A DNA stretch of 63,905 nucleotides, counting the filler, from Octopus bimaculoides (taxonomy: Eukaryota), in assembly GCF_001194135.2 (NCBI RefSeq). It is 4 parts of 3 records of this genome, joined end to end, with 100 filler letters (N's around TTAATTAATTAA, not from the genome) between each part and the next. Parts side by side here need not be neighbours in the genome. Positions count along the whole stretch, not along the records: positions 45,328 to 63,905 come from NC_068981.1; 3 more parts are not named here. One strand, written 5' to 3'. Shown here one piece after another: positions 63,859 to 63,905 of the stretch (the first letter of the stretch is position 1; each line of letters starts with the position of its first letter). The position numbers and the translations under genes are program-made. Below the pieces are notes generated by a model that saw nothing but the letters and a program-made list of their open reading frames with translations, did not search any database and was not told where the DNA came from.

Positions 63859-63905
<47 letters not shown>

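Overview
Repeat-saturated, AT-rich animal genomic DNA from a gapped draft assembly. The SINE families, microsatellite load and gene content point to a coleoid cephalopod such as Octopus (inference). The only host coding sequence I can support is one 181-nt internal exon of a prickle (PET/LIM planar-cell-polarity) gene on the minus strand (60875-61055). I found no further prickle exon, so most or all of the window is probably intronic. The rest is decayed mobile DNA: Penelope-like elements (PLEs), R4/Dong, CR1/L2, Tx1 and RTE-like LINE fragments, a mariner transposase relic, hAT/pogo/mariner MITEs, a Helentron-type non-autonomous element, and many tRNA-derived SINEs. Nearly all ORFs in the supplied track are microsatellite or N-gap artefacts. 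The most notable unannotated signal is a set of at least seven minimal type-I hammerhead ribozyme (HHR) motifs from several PLE terminal-repeat families, including an inverted pair with a compensatory U3-A8 catalytic core. Other items of interest are tail-to-tail LINE-like tails with two and three C2H2 fingers, a 30-bp LINE coding segment amplified five times at a 5' truncation junction, and a ~105-bp-arm foldback. I see no evidence for a wholly new multi-gene system; the novelty is at the level of RNA motifs and element architecture.
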